Below, piece after piece: positions 13,870 to 28,235 of a stretch of 64,000 nt of DNA. The notes below the pieces were generated by a model. That model saw only the letters and a list, made by a program, of their open reading frames with translations. It did no database searches and was not told the DNA's origin. The position numbers and the translations under genes were made by a program. Position 1 is the first letter of the stretch; every line of letters starts with the position of its first letter. The DNA comes from Tubiluchus corallicola (lineage: Eukaryota > Animalia > Priapulida), in assembly GCA_030141605.1 (NCBI GenBank), contig JAQGDQ010000722.1, positions 1 through 64,000 of the forward strand, written 5' to 3'.

Positions 13870-16800
13870 ATTTATTATTATTTATTTTATTTTCAGACAA
13901 ATACAGTCCATATAACAATAAAAATAAGGCACAAGTGAAAGCACAGAGTTAGTTTACAGAAACATAGTAAGCTTAAATACAACAAAGGGTTAGTTAGAAT
14001 GGGGAAAAATTCTTTGCCACTACTTTAAAATGTTCAATCTAAAAATTGTATCAGTATTGCATAGCAAGTTATTAATAACAGTATTCTGACTCAAAAACAG
14101 TCTACTTCTAAGACTATACACAGCTTTCCTATGTTGTACCATGAAAAACTTGGTACAATGTAGGTAACATACATTTAGTTTGCACTACAGCGACTAGGAA
14201 GATTAGAGAGTTCTCTAGTGGCGTTGTTATGGGTAGTACGCATTCTTTTACTATTTCCTTTTTCGTGATTAAACCAGAGTCTATTGCAATAAAACTGGTA
14301 CAAAATGCTAGAAAAGTCTTCTCTTAACGTGAACACAATAGTTTTAGAACCTCCTAATAATACAATTGGCTCTCGCACATAATAAACACGTTGCTGTTTA
14401 ATATCAAGATCATCTTATACGGTGTTAGTCAAGAAGTGATCCAAATATTTTTGATCATACACAATCTTAACTTTAGAACAATTTAGAATCATGCTAGAGC
14501 ACAAGTGGTCAGCATATCTTTCGGGTATGCAATATAAGCATTTGCTTTTATCAAAGTTATAACAAATATCATTTTCTAAAGCAAAATTTTCACACATGTA
14601 TTGAGCAGATGTTGAAGCTGTGGAACTGAAATAGCAAAAACACAAAAGTCATCAGCATAGGCTAAATGATTTAATGTAGCACTAGTAACATTTGCACTGT
14701 TTTACCGTACTGATAAGTCGTTCGTGTAAATATTAAAAAAATATGCCGAAAGGATACCAGCTTGTTTCACACAATTGGAAACACTTATATCATAAGAGGC
14801 ATAACCTTGCCAAATTACATTAATTATCTGGTTTTCATACCAATAGTAGAGTAAACTAACAACAAAGACGGGAAAACTACAATGTAATAGCTTCCTAAAC
14901 AGCGTCACATGGTTAATTCTATCAAACGCCTTACTAGCATCTAAGAAGCAAATGTAAAACGGAGTTGATTTAATATTAACATCCAAATCAATATATTGCT
15001 TTAGCAGAAGAATGCGTGAGCCACTCAGTCTTAAAGCCAAGCTGATTGTCACAAGTACAAAGGATATCACTAAATCTTTTTAAAATGACACTTTCCAAAA
15101 CCTTACTTACTACAGTTGCAATAGATATAGGGTCATAATTTTTGATTTCCTTATACTGCTATTCCTGCCTTTCACAAGTGGTAAAAGATTACTACGCATC
15201 TCATCGACTGGTAAAAAAATATGTATAGAAATGAGGAAAATAAAAATGCCAAGATATTCATAAAATTACTCATTTCATAAACTAGTGACTTAGCAGAAAC
15301 AGAACCAGGCCCTATACGTTTATTGAGTATGAGCTTGCAAACTGCATGATATAGTTCAGTTTCTGAGACCAACATAATTTGGTTAAAGCTACTGCTAACA
15401 GTTAAAGTTTTCAGAACACCAGCCTCCTTAGTAGGAGTAGATTTTACAGAATTAAAAAGTTTTTCATAGTGTTCACTCCATAGGTAACAAATCTCGTGAT
15501 GACTATTAGCATTACCAATTAGAGTAGACGCGGGTATTTTCTGAGCAGCGTACTTGCGGAATATTTTCAAAGAGTCTCTCTAACCATGAGATCGATCTAT
15601 CAGGCTAGTAGTCTTTCTGTCACATTTCAGAAGTTCCTGATTATTCCTAAACAAACGCACAGCAAGCTTAAAACGAGCCCTGATTTTTCTCATGTGGTCA
15701 TAAAGGGGCCCATAACAAGGTTATCCACATTGTCTCTACTGTAGAAAAGCAGCACGTGATTCGCAGTGTTTCTCAGCTTCATGATCATCCCACCCAACCA
15801 GATGTGTAAAGTGTCCATCACTGTTGACACCACATTTCATTTGAGGAATGCACAGATTCTCAGCTATTTCGATGCAACTGATCACATCATCATACAGCTT
15901 GGAAATCAGAGCTTGATGATCACTGGCACATGTTGACGATCTACTTAATAGTGCTTCATTATATCATTTCAATTTAGGCAGTAGATCATCTAAGGTAGCT
16001 GCATAATTCGCAATGTTAATTTCAGTAGCAACAGACAAGTTATTCCTAGTCTGCACATCAGGCACCTGGTGGCATCCAGAGGAAAAGATTACGCTACAAT
16101 CACTACTGTAGTTAATTTTGGGAATTCTGGTAAAATCCACTGCAAAACAGATTGATACATGAAGTACATGATTTGAAGTAGAAGTATCATTGAGTATCTC
16201 GATCACAGATTAGATCTCTTGCAGAGCAAATGCAGTGATCTAGCCGGAAAGAAAAGCTATGGGCTTCACTGAAACATGTGTAGTAAGAACAGGTAGGCAC
16301 TCTTTGTCAACAATTTGCAAGTCATGTGCAGAACAGAAATCAACGAGATACTTACCAAAACTCCTGCCTAAATCAGCATTGAAGTAGGCAATGTCATAAC
16401 AAGTTGGGGATACGTTATCAATGATGGCACTTAATTTGCCCAAACAAAACAAAAATTCGTCAGTGTTATCACTAGATTCCTAGACTTGATTTGCAGTTGT
16501 AGATCTTTTCTCCAAAGAGCACCGAGGTCACCAATACACCGGCCCACAGGGATGTCATCAGTTAAACTTTAATGACACACCACAAGCTAAAAATCTGTTA
16601 TCAATTTTGTTTAAGACAGCCAAGTCCTGTTCACGAAGCCAATGTTCTTGCAACATTATGATATCAAAACGTTCACATAGGCTTCTTACACAATACAAAG
16701 AATCTGGATTACGAATACTACGGCAGTTGAAAGATGCAATGCGGAGACCTTACGTTGTGGGAGTTAGCTTGAAATGTTCCTAATTGCTTGTCATAGAAGG

Positions 16801-17030
16801 GTCAAGCCAAAATCCCACTAGACCATACACTGTGGTCAAGCAGGTCAGCTACAGGGTCACCATTGCACACGATGCTAAGCGAACTATAGGTCGGACGTTC
16901 CGAGGTTAATTTCTCAACCTGAACGTCGAATTTGCATCTAGACCGTAAAAATCCACAATCTGACTAACTTCAACTTCTTGAAAAGAACGAGTTACAAAAA
17001 TGCGTTTCTTTTGCAAAACAGCATTAAAAA
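13870..17030 (-). mobile_element. degraded, near full-length non-LTR retrotransposon (RTE-X/L2-like LINE): ORF1 remnant, APE endonuclease, reverse transcriptase
   Basis: Minus-strand fragments: IASFNCRS..FDIIMLQEHWL (APE, ~16640-16740); FNADLG (16240-16452); CFLDASKAFDRINH and VKQAGILSAYFFNIY (14702-15070); HLAYADDF (~14645-14670); AATAAA/(TAA)n-like 3' tail ~13860-13900; many stops and frameshifts. Confidence 0.88.
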
Positions 17031-17309
17031 TCATGATGAAGATATAGAGCCTTATGGTCTAAATGTGATGTGAGGTAAGCACTTTTGCTCTCGTCCATGC
17101 TTTCGGAAAAGATGATGGGTAATATTTAGTATCGTCCAGTAGTACATGCGTTATTTGCATATAGTACCCACATTATTTTACAGGTAACTGCTGATGATAT
17201 TTTTGCATAATGTATTATATTGCAAAGTTAAAAGTTTTTTCACAAAAATAAATTTTACTGCAGTCACAAAATGAAAACAATTAAAATTCAAACGTGATGC
17301 GTTAGTATT

Positions 17310-17525
17310 ATCGAATTTAAGCAACCGTGAGCATGTCAGGAAATGGATGGGTGACGCCAGCGAAACTGGTTGTGGACGGTATCATTTGCTACATATCCCG
17401 TTATTTACCTTGGTAGGGAGAGAAGGATGTGCTCGAAAATAGCTCAGCTGCGGGGTCTTATCTAGATAGATTATTCTTGGCAACTAGATCCGTTAAGTGC
17501 TGGATCCCGCTTGCACAACCAAAGA
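17310..17525 (+). mobile_element. 5S-rRNA-related SINE relic
   Basis: gaatttaagcaaccgtgagcatgtcaggaaatggatgggtgac resembles 5S box A to box C; its 3' part (agatcc..tgctggatcc..gcttgca) recurs at ~11905-11942. Confidence 0.4.
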
Positions 17526-17590
17526 CTATACAAATAAATTAGAGCATTCAATAGAGATGTCGACCCACATGACATTATTTTGGTTAAAGA

Positions 17591-17596
17591 TTTATT
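17591..17596 (-). promoter_or_regulatory. candidate polyadenylation signal (AATAAA) of gene C
   Basis: tttatt on + strand about 165 nt downstream of the gene C stop codon. Confidence 0.35.
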
Positions 17597-17758
17597 TTGA
17601 CCACTTTTAATCTTGTGACTTTGACCTTTGACTTTTTGGAGCAAAAAGGTTTCAGTTGGTGTGGGTAGCAAGAGTATTTAAGTTCTCGTCTTCTAAATCT
17701 AAAAGCAATTTTTGTGGCTTGAAATTGAGTGAATGCTGGATCAACTGCAAGATCGCCC

Positions 17759-17897
17759 TCATAAAGAAAAGTTGATGTACCTCTGTATTAGAGCACGTCT
17801 CTTGTCCCAAAGTCTTGACAAATCTTCATCATCCTCATTGTCGTACACAGGTCTGTTTTCAACGTCATTTGGAGGTTCTTCAATAACTGCCCACTGA
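17759..17897 (-). CDS. Gene C (PWA-peptide prepropeptide), last coding exon: (I)QWAVIEEPPNDVENRPVYDNEDDEDLSRLWDKRRALIQRYINFSL*
   Basis: Acceptor ttttttgcag| ends at 17898; 139 nt = 1 + 46 codons, matching the phase-2 donor at 23902; acidic spacer, KRR site, TGA stop. Confidence 0.72.
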
Positions 17898-18424
17898 CTG
17901 CAAAAAACCAATGTTCTTTATATTTTCAAATAAATTTCTATAGTAGCTGTTACTGCGCGTAAGGGATGTTTCTACGTTTTAGGCCTAGAATACTGCTCAT
18001 TCATATAACTCTATATTCGGTTGCAGCGACAGCAATGATCAAACCTATCAATTGCTGTTCTTCACTTGGGTGCCGAAATGTGTCTTGTCTGCCGCACGCT
18101 TAGTTCTATTGTGCTGATCTGCTTAGTGCTAAATCAGCTTACTTTTTACGTGTCGCCATCGCCGCGCGAGTAGTAATATGAACAAGCTTTAAGTTTCATT
18201 TGCGATAGCAACGACGACGACGACAACAACAAGAACAATAATGAACATATTATAAAGTTCGGTAACGAAACCTAAAGCCAAACTGAAGTTGTTTCACACG
18301 AAAAGGATGAAATGTAAAAAATTGGCGAAAAAGACGCTTTAGTAACAATTTCCAGGTTTCGTAACTTTAAAACTTATCACGAAATTAAGCTTAATGATAT
18401 TTTGCGTATAAAAATCACGCTTTA

Positions 18425-18645
18425 CCATGACTCCAAAGATTATGGGTTCGAACCCCACTCATGTCGGTGATCTACGAGCCACTTACCGCCAGACTATATT
18501 TTCTGGCCGTCTTCCTAGGCTACATACTGGGTGAAGAAAGAACCAGCCGCTTGTGCTCCCCTTGTGTGCCATGCCTCTATAAAATGATGCCGTAACCATC
18601 TATCCTATGCTCCGCATTCTTCTTCTTCTTCTTTTTCTTCTTCTT
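18425..18645 (+). mobile_element. tRNA-derived SINE relic with (TTC)n tail
   Basis: B-box-like GGGTTCGAACCCC at ~18444-18456; body ends in ttcttcttcttc at ~18617-18645. Confidence 0.45.
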
Positions 18646-19059
18646 AGTTTTCGTTAGCATGAATTAAAAGCATTCATGTGCTTACTCTGCCGCTTTGTAA
18701 CCCTTTGGCGTTCAGTCATTACACAGTGCTTATGTCGCAATGTGAACACTGAAAGCAACCTGAATTTCTCAGCTTAATGTTTGACATAAGTGAATTAATG
18801 CAAAATGTCAAGACAGGGAGAGAGAGAAGTAGTGAAGAATTAATTAAATTAGGCAATATAAGGAATGCTGCGTGTTACGGAGAAATGATATATGACTAAC
18901 TTTGATATTGAAAGTAACACTATGTCAGTTTTGCACCACCGTTAATTTCTTTATTTGACTCAAGCAGAGAATAAATCAAAATCGCTCACAAATTTTGAAC
19001 GTTTTACCTGCAATCACAAAGTTTTATATAAGCGAAAAGAGGTAACTAAGAAAGGAGAT

Positions 19060-19140
19060 ATAGCTCGCGCTGCGTGATTGAAGCTAAACTGCATTGGGTT
19101 GGTTAGTAAATGGATGGGGTCAACTGGGAATACTACTTCT
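19060..19140 (+). pseudogene. 5S rRNA-derived fragment (pseudogene or SINE3-type head)
   Basis: GAAGCTAAACTGCATTGGGTTGGTTAGTAAATGGATGGGGTCAACTGGGAATACT aligns by eye to eukaryotic 5S GAAGCTAAGCAGGGTCGGGCCTGGTTAGTACTTGGATGGGAGACCGCCTGGGAATACC (box A, intermediate element, box C). Confidence 0.6.
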
Positions 19141-19204
19141 GGGATGTTTCATATAGCAAGTTACCTACGAATGAAGTGGATAAGACGGATAGGTAGGATG
19201 ATCT

Positions 19205-19525
19205 GAAATAGTTGAAAAAGAAAAAGAAATAAAGTAAAACATGAAAATAAGGAAGGATTGAGAAAAGAAGAAAGTGAAATGGAAAGAAAAAGACTGGAAA
19301 GTGGGAAAGAGGGGAAGAAGAATAGACGGAAACAATGCAGTAATAAGAAGAAAGCGGCGAAGGAAAAATGAAAGAGGGAAAACAAAAAGGTGTGAGGGAA
19401 GAAGCGAAAAATAAAAGTACATATTAACGAAAGATTGAGAGAAGGATGAAATAAAAGAGCAAATGATAAAAAAATTAAGGAAAAGTAAGACAAAAAAGCA
19501 AAAAGTAAAAAATAAAGAAAGATGA
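19205..19525. repeat. purine-rich (GA) low-complexity tract
   Basis: Nearly all A/G on + strand; source of spurious F/L/S-rich minus-strand ORFs. Confidence 0.8.
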
Positions 19526-19659
19526 AATGGTGTAAGTGGTGAAAGTTACTTCTACGACATATATATGGCTATTTGTATATACCAAAACGCTAACGGCTAG
19601 TTTAGTATCTCATCTTAGATGATAGATCTATTTAAAACTGCGCATTTACTAATTATATC

Positions 19660-19860
19660 TATGCACTTTTTATTTACAAACTGTGTGCGTAATAGTTACA
19701 ACTGTGTAATTACTAGTTACAATCGTGTACGCAATAGTGACAAGTCTGTGCTTAATAGTTTACAACTGTGTATTTACTAATTGATACTGTGTAATTACAG
19801 GGTACATCTGTCTACTTACTAGCAACAACTGTGTACTTAATAATCACAACTGTATTTCAG
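19660..19860. repeat. degenerate ~20-bp minisatellite (acaactgtgt..taatagtt)
   Basis: Repeated caactgtgt/actgtgt with tagtt spacers. Confidence 0.55.
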
Positions 19861-20339
19861 CAAACTTTTTTCCTGATGATGACCGACCTTCACTAACTAA
19901 CAAATCATTAAACCACTTATAAAATATCTCTCTCCCTCTCAAGAAAATGACATCCAATTAACAAAAGACTGAAATCTGTAAATCCAATTAACTCTTTCGT
20001 TCAACATTAGTTTTCATATTGATATTTTCGCGCATGTTGATGCACTACTTTCTTCTGAAGTTGTCACATTCAGACTGCTGATGACAATAACCCAACAAAA
20101 GAAACAGCAATAATAACTGCAAATACGTATTGCAAATACGTTATTGTTTGTGTACAAATACCCATTTAAAACAAGTTTTCAGACAAGGATAATAGCTGAG
20201 TGGTCCCAGCATGAGCTCGAAGATCGAAGCAGAAGATTTTACCTTGATAATGAGCCAGATTCCTGTCCGGCTACAAACATCTTCATTAATTAGGTGGTCC
20301 AGAATTCAGTCCAGGATTATGGAAAGCAAAAGGCTGCAA

Positions 20340-20965
20340 TATGCCGAACAGTGTAATTTGATCATGGTTTAACAAACCCAGTGTTTATAAAAGTAGTTAT
20401 TGATGGGGTTCCAAACCAGTCACCCAGGTCTCCCATCATACAGCTTAGTAATTGTTTTACGGCATCATTTGACATCAAGTTTCTGTTTACGAATGTTTCT
20501 CATGGGAAGACCGTAGAATTAACATGTGATCAGTTATTTGCTGAACAACATAATGCTATAGGCTTGAGCGGAATCAATTTGAACGGCTTTCCAGTCTAGT
20601 GGCAAAGTAGTCTCAAACGAACTTTTTGGTCGAGAATTTTAATGTAATTACGAGCGAAAACGCCAGCGGCAATGTTAAAAGCCACAGTCCTTTGGTACGT
20701 CGCTGACCACTTTTTTATTGTTTGATGACAAGTATAAAGAGGATAAATTTCTACTCTATCTGAATGCCCAGCATGATGGTACTAACATGATGAGTGAGAG
20801 AATAATCATACTTGCCTTTTTAATGTTTCAGTCTTACACTCGGTTTCAAAATTTGGTACGTCTGTATTACACCAATGCGGACAGCTTTTTGCGAGTTACA
20901 AGTTAGGTTTGATTTATAGCCTCCTTTGTAGGGCGTTTAATACATGCTCATCTTACCATTATTTG
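20340..20965 (+). mobile_element. Penelope-like retroelement reverse transcriptase relic
   Basis: SFDIKFLFTNV (cf. SFDVxSLFTNVP); KFLLYLNAQH (cf. FLxxLNSxH); GLIYSLLCRAFNTCSSY at ~20906-20957 (cf. GLIxxLxxRAxxICS); frameshifted. Confidence 0.7.
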
Positions 20966-23902
20966 GATTTTACATGAAAAATTTAATGTGAAATGTTAAA
21001 ATTGCTTTATTTGTCTCTTAAAGTACAAGAATACCTTTTACTTACATAAAGCTAACAAAATTAGTTTTGAAATTTTATATCAGCTACATACTGCCTTGTT
21101 GAATACAAAGTATAATTTAAACTCCGCGATAACCGTTAGGCGCGGCCATTTTGACAACAGGTCGTTTGAAGCAAGTTTAGAAAACGTCGCGTAAAGTTTC
21201 AAAAATAATCAGAGCATTCATAGTGCACACTTTAATAACTAAGTAAAAGCATAAATTACTGTATCAGATCAATAAGATTAAATATGCGTTTTTTTGGTGA
21301 GTCAGTGGTGCATACTAGGAAGGTTAGTTAGTCAGTTGGTTACATTTTTCCAGTTGACTCGAACGTTCTAAATTGCTAATAATTTTCTTTTCTAGTTACG
21401 TAAGTCTTTCAAGCAGGTAAGCGCAATGCTAAGTTGCATAACTTCGCGTGGAATTATTTAAGGGACATACGTTAAAACTGCCATTTCTGCACCTTTAAGG
21501 CTGTTTTTTGGTAGCACTTAGTAGCTATTGTTTGTTGTTAGCTGTTTTGTTAAGAAATTGCATAGGCACTTTGGTTGTTGAATATGCGTTTTTTTGTCTT
21601 GTGTTGAATAATGAAGAAATTAATATCTTGGAAAAGTTAGGACACAAATCAAATATCACGTCACTGTAATATGGGCGTTCGTTGTTTATTTGTTTGTTTG
21701 TTTGCCCTCCAAATATCTTGTTTGCCAATTGGTATTGGAGTTTGGGATTTGTGAAGAATGTCACTGTATGGTTTTGATAGGTTCTTTACTTTTTAATTAG
21801 AAGAATGTGCACGGAACTATTAATAAATTCTAAAACGTGGAATATATACATTACTGACTTGCTATACAATAACGCGACGCCAGAGTCCTTGACAGACCGT
21901 CCACTGTAGGTATACGTTGTCATGTGTTATTATTTTTCGATCGTATTGTTTGTTTTACACCTGTATACCTGTATATTCCTGATTAAACAGGTACAGTTGC
22001 CAAGACAAAATAGTGCTAAGAACATTCCTACAGTGTTTGCGAATAATTAGATAAGAGCTACCGGAATGATCAATACTTTGTGACAATAGTGAAATTACTA
22101 GCCGCCATAACCACCTTCTCACTAATGTTAATTAGCATGTGATTTGTGTTATTTGATCCATCATAGTAGATTTAATTAATTTCATCAAAATTTTAATAAT
22201 GTTATATGTAATAAAAAGCAAACAGACAATCAACAAGCAATCAGTAAACTACAAACAAGCAAACAAATAATCAACCAACTAACCAAACAAACAAGCAAAT
22301 AAATAAGCAAAGACAACTGAAACGCGGACGAAAATGATATAAATAATTGTACAGATTGTAAAAATTACGTAACAAAGAGTCCAGAAAGTAGCATTTTATG
22401 AAGCAAACTGGAAAATAAAATAAATCTACCAGTGGAGGTTAAATATTAGCAGCGTTCCGAAGGGTGGCTAACTGGGATGGGATAAGATTTCCAAAATCGC
22501 ATTAAAAGTAATTTCATTCACGTTAAATAAATAATAATTAAACTGAGTATCGTTTGTCTTAGCTTAACGTGTGTTTGTTTCATATTTACGTTAAAATTTT
22601 ACCTTTTAAAACGTTGTTTTTTGTAATATATACATTATGCGGAAATCTTATTTTACGACAAAAGTAAAGAACAGAACCGCCAAATATAAAAACGTCGTTC
22701 TTTTATTTTTCGTTTATTTGCTAATAATAAATATCACCAGGTTTGCAATAAGGTAAACGCATTCAATCCAGATGATGTCTATTAGCCTAATAAACGGAAG
22801 CTTGGTATGTTTTTGAATAAAAATATGTAATATATATATATACATATGTACGTATATGTATATGTTAACATTTGTGGTATTGTGTTTGCATGTTTTCTAA
22901 ACTAATCAGACTTCATTCTAAGCCAGTTTGCTCAACAAAATCATTAGTTACAGTTAGCCGCTGTTGGCTACATTTATTGGTTATAGTTAGCCGCTGTTGG
23001 TTTCAGCTATTAGTTAAAGTTAGCTGCATGCTTTAACTCGTGAAAATCTGTGAGTTTTCGGATTTGAAACATTTTGCGAATTCGACAAGTTTCTTCACAA
23101 AATGTTTGGACTGCGCAAAACGGGAGGGGGAAAGCGAAATTCCATACAATGCATATAGTTAAAAGTTTTTTTAGTGTGACACGTTGTTAATATAAATCAT
23201 CATTTGGTTTTTCGCAAATGACTAAAAGACAGTTTTTTTCGCATTTGGGAATGGACAAAAATAATTCATTTGAAAATAATTATGCGTGCAATTTTAATCT
23301 ATTCTAAGCAGGTGAGGCGTAATGAATGAGCCTCACCTCATACCTCTGAGAGATATTCAAACCAAGTTACCATGTTATACCTTATTTGGACATTAACTAC
23401 GCTAACCATATGTGTTAACTTATAAATACGGTAATAATTTAAAATTAATTAACCTGGCCATTTTTTAATAAATTTTTAATATCTATGATCTATAAGTTGT
23501 ATATAGTTTAGTTTAGTATGACATGTGTAGTTAGTACGTAGAGTTAGATACATACGTATGTAAGTATATGTATGTATGTGGAAGTTATAGTATGTGTAAG
23601 TACGCAATTAATAAATAAACGCGACGCGTGATGGTAGTCTGATAGATACTGTAAATCACTAAACAAAAATGACGTGTAAATACTGCGCAGAGCATGGTCC
23701 TGCAAATGGAAGGCACATGAATATAGTGTTCATTGTAGCCTAAAAATATACTTAAAGTAAAAGAATAATACAGACTGCCAATGATGATGATGATGATGAT
23801 GATGATTCCAGGTATAAACTATTAACGTCGTTGAAAACTATTTACAATGTAATACTTTCGTAAGTAACCCTTTGCGAAAATCATGCTTTCAAAACAACTT
23901 AC

Positions 23903-24137
23903 ATGGGATAAAACTTATTCTGCTGAAATCTCTGTAATCGGTCTATGCGTTTTTTCGCCCATGGTTGCGAGACGGTAGAGCTTGTGTATCGTTTAGCTAG
24001 CTGCGTGAAAATGTCCTCTACTGCTGCATCACGTTTCGCCCATGGTGTATAAAAACTGGATGGATCCACGTAATTCGAAGCCAAACAGCAGCTTAGAGTG
24101 GAGATCCATAGAAGTAATACATAGGTTTCAATTTTTC
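23903..24137 (-). CDS. Gene C (PWA-peptide prepropeptide), main exon: (G)KIETYVLLLWISTLSCCLA|SNYVDPSSFYTPWA-KR-DAAVEDIFTQLA-KR-YTSSTVSQPWA-KKR-IDRLQRFQQNKFYP(I)
   Basis: Acceptor ttttttacag| ends at 24138; donor AT|GTAAGT at 23902; 235 nt open (2+231+2); hydrophobic signal-peptide core; repeated PWA followed by dibasic sites. Confidence 0.85.
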
Positions 24138-24510
24138 CTGTAAAAAAGCAAAGTGTTGTTATTAATAATTAGTATTTCAGTATGAATAATTAGCTCAGTA
24201 CGCCAATAATTAGCCCAGTACACCAGGTAGCTTAATTGGTCCAGTAAGGACAGATCAATTGTTGTTTTTGTCACTGTCGTTGTGGTCATCGTTACCGTCG
24301 TTGTCTTCGTCACCATCATCGTTATCATCATATCATCACCATTACTATTATTATTGCCATCATCACCATCTTTATGATTATGATAGTGATTATGTTTACA
24401 ATAAAACAACCATACGGCTAGGTAATCACCGTAAATGGTTAGGTAAAGGATCAAAAATAAAAACTACAACCTGCGACAACTGATAAACTATACAAAGGTG
24501 TAAGGGACAC

Positions 24511-24664
<154 letters not shown>

Positions 24665-26749
24665 TAATATTTTGTGGAGTGATTTAACATTCAGCAGGGC
24701 TATGTTGATTCGAAATGCAAAATCCGCCGGTTTTAACACTCGACTCCCACAAAAGCAACTTCACTTGTTGAAGTGTGTTTCATGACATTTGTTCACAAAA
24801 AGTTACCATGACTAATTACATATGCAGGTCATTTACATTCATCTAAATAAGATACAAAATTGCCGGGGTGTCTTAGCTACATTCGGATGTAGGTCTACTC
24901 TTTCTGCCCTCGATGTGTAACAAATATTTTTCCGGTGGTCACCTATCGATTTACTGGCTGGATTTGGCGTTGCCTAACCTTTACTGCTAAGTAAACACGT
25001 AACTGCTATAGTAATCTAGGATGTGGCTGCATAATTATAGTACATCATTAATATTTTAATTTCTACTTTTTATTGAATACTTTCTATATGCGATATTTTT
25101 CACTACTTCAAAAGAAAAAAAATTCATGCGAGTAATTTGATCTTGATTATAGGGTTTTAAATTCAAATTCTCAATAGCGTTTATTTAAATATCACATTTC
25201 TCAAAGCTGATGCCAATTAAATACATTGCTACATCGATCATGACTTCATTTATCAAAACTGGACTTTATGTACCGTGCAATTTCTGCAGTAGAACAAGCA
25301 TTTATTCAATAAAGTTTGGATCAATGAACAACTCATCACAACAATGACAAACAAGCTGATTACAACAACAAGATACAGACTGATAGAATAACTAAAAATC
25401 AAATTTGATATTAGAAGTTATTTAGAACAAGCCAGTTACGCCAGACAAGCTAGCTTTTGCGTCAATATCATTCCTCCGCCAAGGTTGTAAATAATACAGT
25501 TCTAAGCAGATAGCGGGTGATCAAGTCTGTGTTGTTCAGTTTTCACTTGTATCTTGTAAAGAGATGTTTTTAAAGTTTCTAAACTAATTATATTGACGAT
25601 TTTGTGAAATTGACAAATAAAGGAAGGCATAATGTTTCCATGTTTGACGTATTTATTGGACAGCTGAAAGTTAAAAACATGACTTTATGCGTTCAGTACG
25701 CATTTCATTTTTCAGCTATAAGAAATACTTTAGTTTTTGTATATGGAATTTTGGGAACGAAGGGTTTTGGGCTTTCAGTGGACTATTGTGGGTGGTGAGG
25801 TGCTTGAAGGATTTTTGACATTAATTAAATTTAATATTTTTGAGGAAATGTTTGATGAAAGATTGGAATATTTGTTGCTAACTTGTCGTATTAGTCTTTG
25901 TTATATTTCGTTATTATCGGAATTTAAAAATTTCTCTAATTTCCATTAAGTAACTCTAATTACGGTGTTAATAATCACCATCACTAGTAATAATTTGAAT
26001 ATCAAGGTTATCAATAATTAAGAAAAATCTAAATTTTAATTTACTTGAAATAGCGAATGGTGGAATGTTATTTTCCACAGCGATCGGCCATTTGTAATGC
26101 TATACGTAATTTTTACTGCATTATAAAGGACAAAACGTATTTACAAATATGTAATAATATATTAAGTTTCTTATTGATTAATGACTTTTCATATAAGCAC
26201 TGTAGACAGCAAGATCTTTACTGTTTTAATAATTAAGTTTATCATCTGTCATGCTGAGTATCTTGCATGACGGGCAATATGCGGATGGGCAATAAAAAAT
26301 GGTTTATTGGTACCTGTACTAGCGCACGACTACAGTTGACCAGCTTTAAGTCATCGGCTAAGAGATTTGCGAATTCTCAAGATTCTCAAGGTTTAGTAAA
26401 CCAAAGTGTTCGGGCAGAAATTGATCATGTGTTACCTTGATCTCAGCTGCAAATTGTCATTATTTCATCAGCTTGTCCACTACAAGTTGTTTAATAAATT
26501 TTGAAAGATTCTGCTGTTGCTATTTATATGAACGTTGTAAATAATGGAGGAACTAAAATTAGAAATTGGCTCAACGCGAGAAAATTTATCTACGTTGTTC
26601 TCTAGCGGTGATAATACAGATTACTTTTTCGTCCGTTAATGGCTTAGATGTCCTAACTGATACTGCAAACATTTTCGGGAAGAATTAATATTTTGTTGAA
26701 TAATGATTAGTGATTACTTTGTGTTATTTCTAATACCTTAATTTAATTT

Positions 26750-27915
26750 TTCAGTCTATTTCAGCTAAAAGCCATATACAAATATATACATATAATAAAA
26801 ATTAAACTATAGCGCACAATGTTAAAAATCTATAACTAAAAATCACGTAAAATTAGATATTAGGTGTAAAAAATCATATACAAAGTTATCGTATGCACAA
26901 CGGTTTACTAATTGTATCCAACAAATTGTACCTGCAACAAGTGCAACACGAAGTTTAACTTATATCGTACGTCAGACACATTAATAAAACCACTAGTAAC
27001 GAAATTATCGCATTTTTCGTTGATTGTTGCCCAAGCACTGTGTGCAGCTTTTCTTCTTATTACAGTGAAATGTGGCACACATATACGAAACTCTAGTGCC
27101 ATATTCAAAATTTAAAAAATCTTAACAGTAATGTTATACGCAGATCTAAGTTTATGAATATTGTACAAAAATAAAATTTCACCCATAGGCTAGAACAGTA
27201 GAACTGAATACAATATGATCGAAACAATACTTCTTTGACATGTGCAGAACAGTTACCAAATCTCTTAATAATACAATTGGCTCTTGCGTAAAATAATCTT
27301 AGCTGATTCAAAATATCAGTATCATCACTTAGGTTATTACTCATGGCCAAGGCACTTTTCGTTATGGCTAACTTCAACCTTTTTTGCCAAACAGAAAAGC
27401 TCTACCAGGGACAACATGCCGGAGGCTAGGTGGTAAAAAATAGATGCACTTCGTCTTTTTTACATTGAAAACGATACCATTTTCAACAGCAAATTTAATA
27501 CATGCGGTAAAAAGGTTTTGAGGAGCTTTTAACAGAAGAAGCTAAGAGATATGAGTAAAGTATACATAAAGTAATTAATTGTATTTTCACCAATGCGACA
27601 AGTTGCATTTTTCACTCGACAGATATTTTAAGAGGTCATCAATATAAGCTGAGAAAACCAAAGGAGAAATAATTCCACCTTGTCTCAGGCCATTTTACAC
27701 AGAAAACTGATCAGAGTAAGTTTTGTCCCAGCGGACCCGCTGTGAAGTATACCAATGTTTCAGACAACACAGAAACAGGACGCCCAAGAGCAGGGAGTTT
27801 CTTAAAACGTCCAGTATGACTCACACGATCAAATGCCTTACTGGCGTCAACCAGACACACAAATGTAAAACTACAATTATTGTTATAGGTATATAGTATC
27901 TCTTTCAGCGTATAT
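26750..27915 (-). mobile_element. 5'-truncated degraded LINE (RTE-X-like, similar type to 13870-17030)
   Basis: VCLVDASKAFDRVSH (~27820-27860); DDTDILNQLRLFYARANCIIKRF..YCIQFYCSSLW (27105-27377). Confidence 0.8.
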
Positions 27916-27929
27916 ATATTTTATATAGT

Positions 27930-28189
27930 TTATTGGGTAATCGTAATTACAAATCATGCAATGCACACACCTATTATAAGGATACAATTACACACATATA
28001 CAGCGCTACAAAAAACCTATACCACGTTATCAAGAACACAATTACACAAGTCAAACTCAACAATTTAAACCAAAGACACAACATCAAATCTTGATGTATA
28101 AACCCAATGGTACAACATGAATATACATAAACACAAATTTAAGATAGTTGCATTCACATATAGTATTCATTTTACATAAGTGATGTTAG

Positions 28190-28235
<46 letters not shown>

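Noticed and set aside
17759-17850. NPY/NPF resemblance of the gene C tail (EDLSRLW..ALIQRYINF versus EDMARYYSALRHYINL)
   Set aside because: No RxRF/Y-amide ending, an internal KRR splits it, and the Pro spacing of the PP-fold is absent; treated as chance
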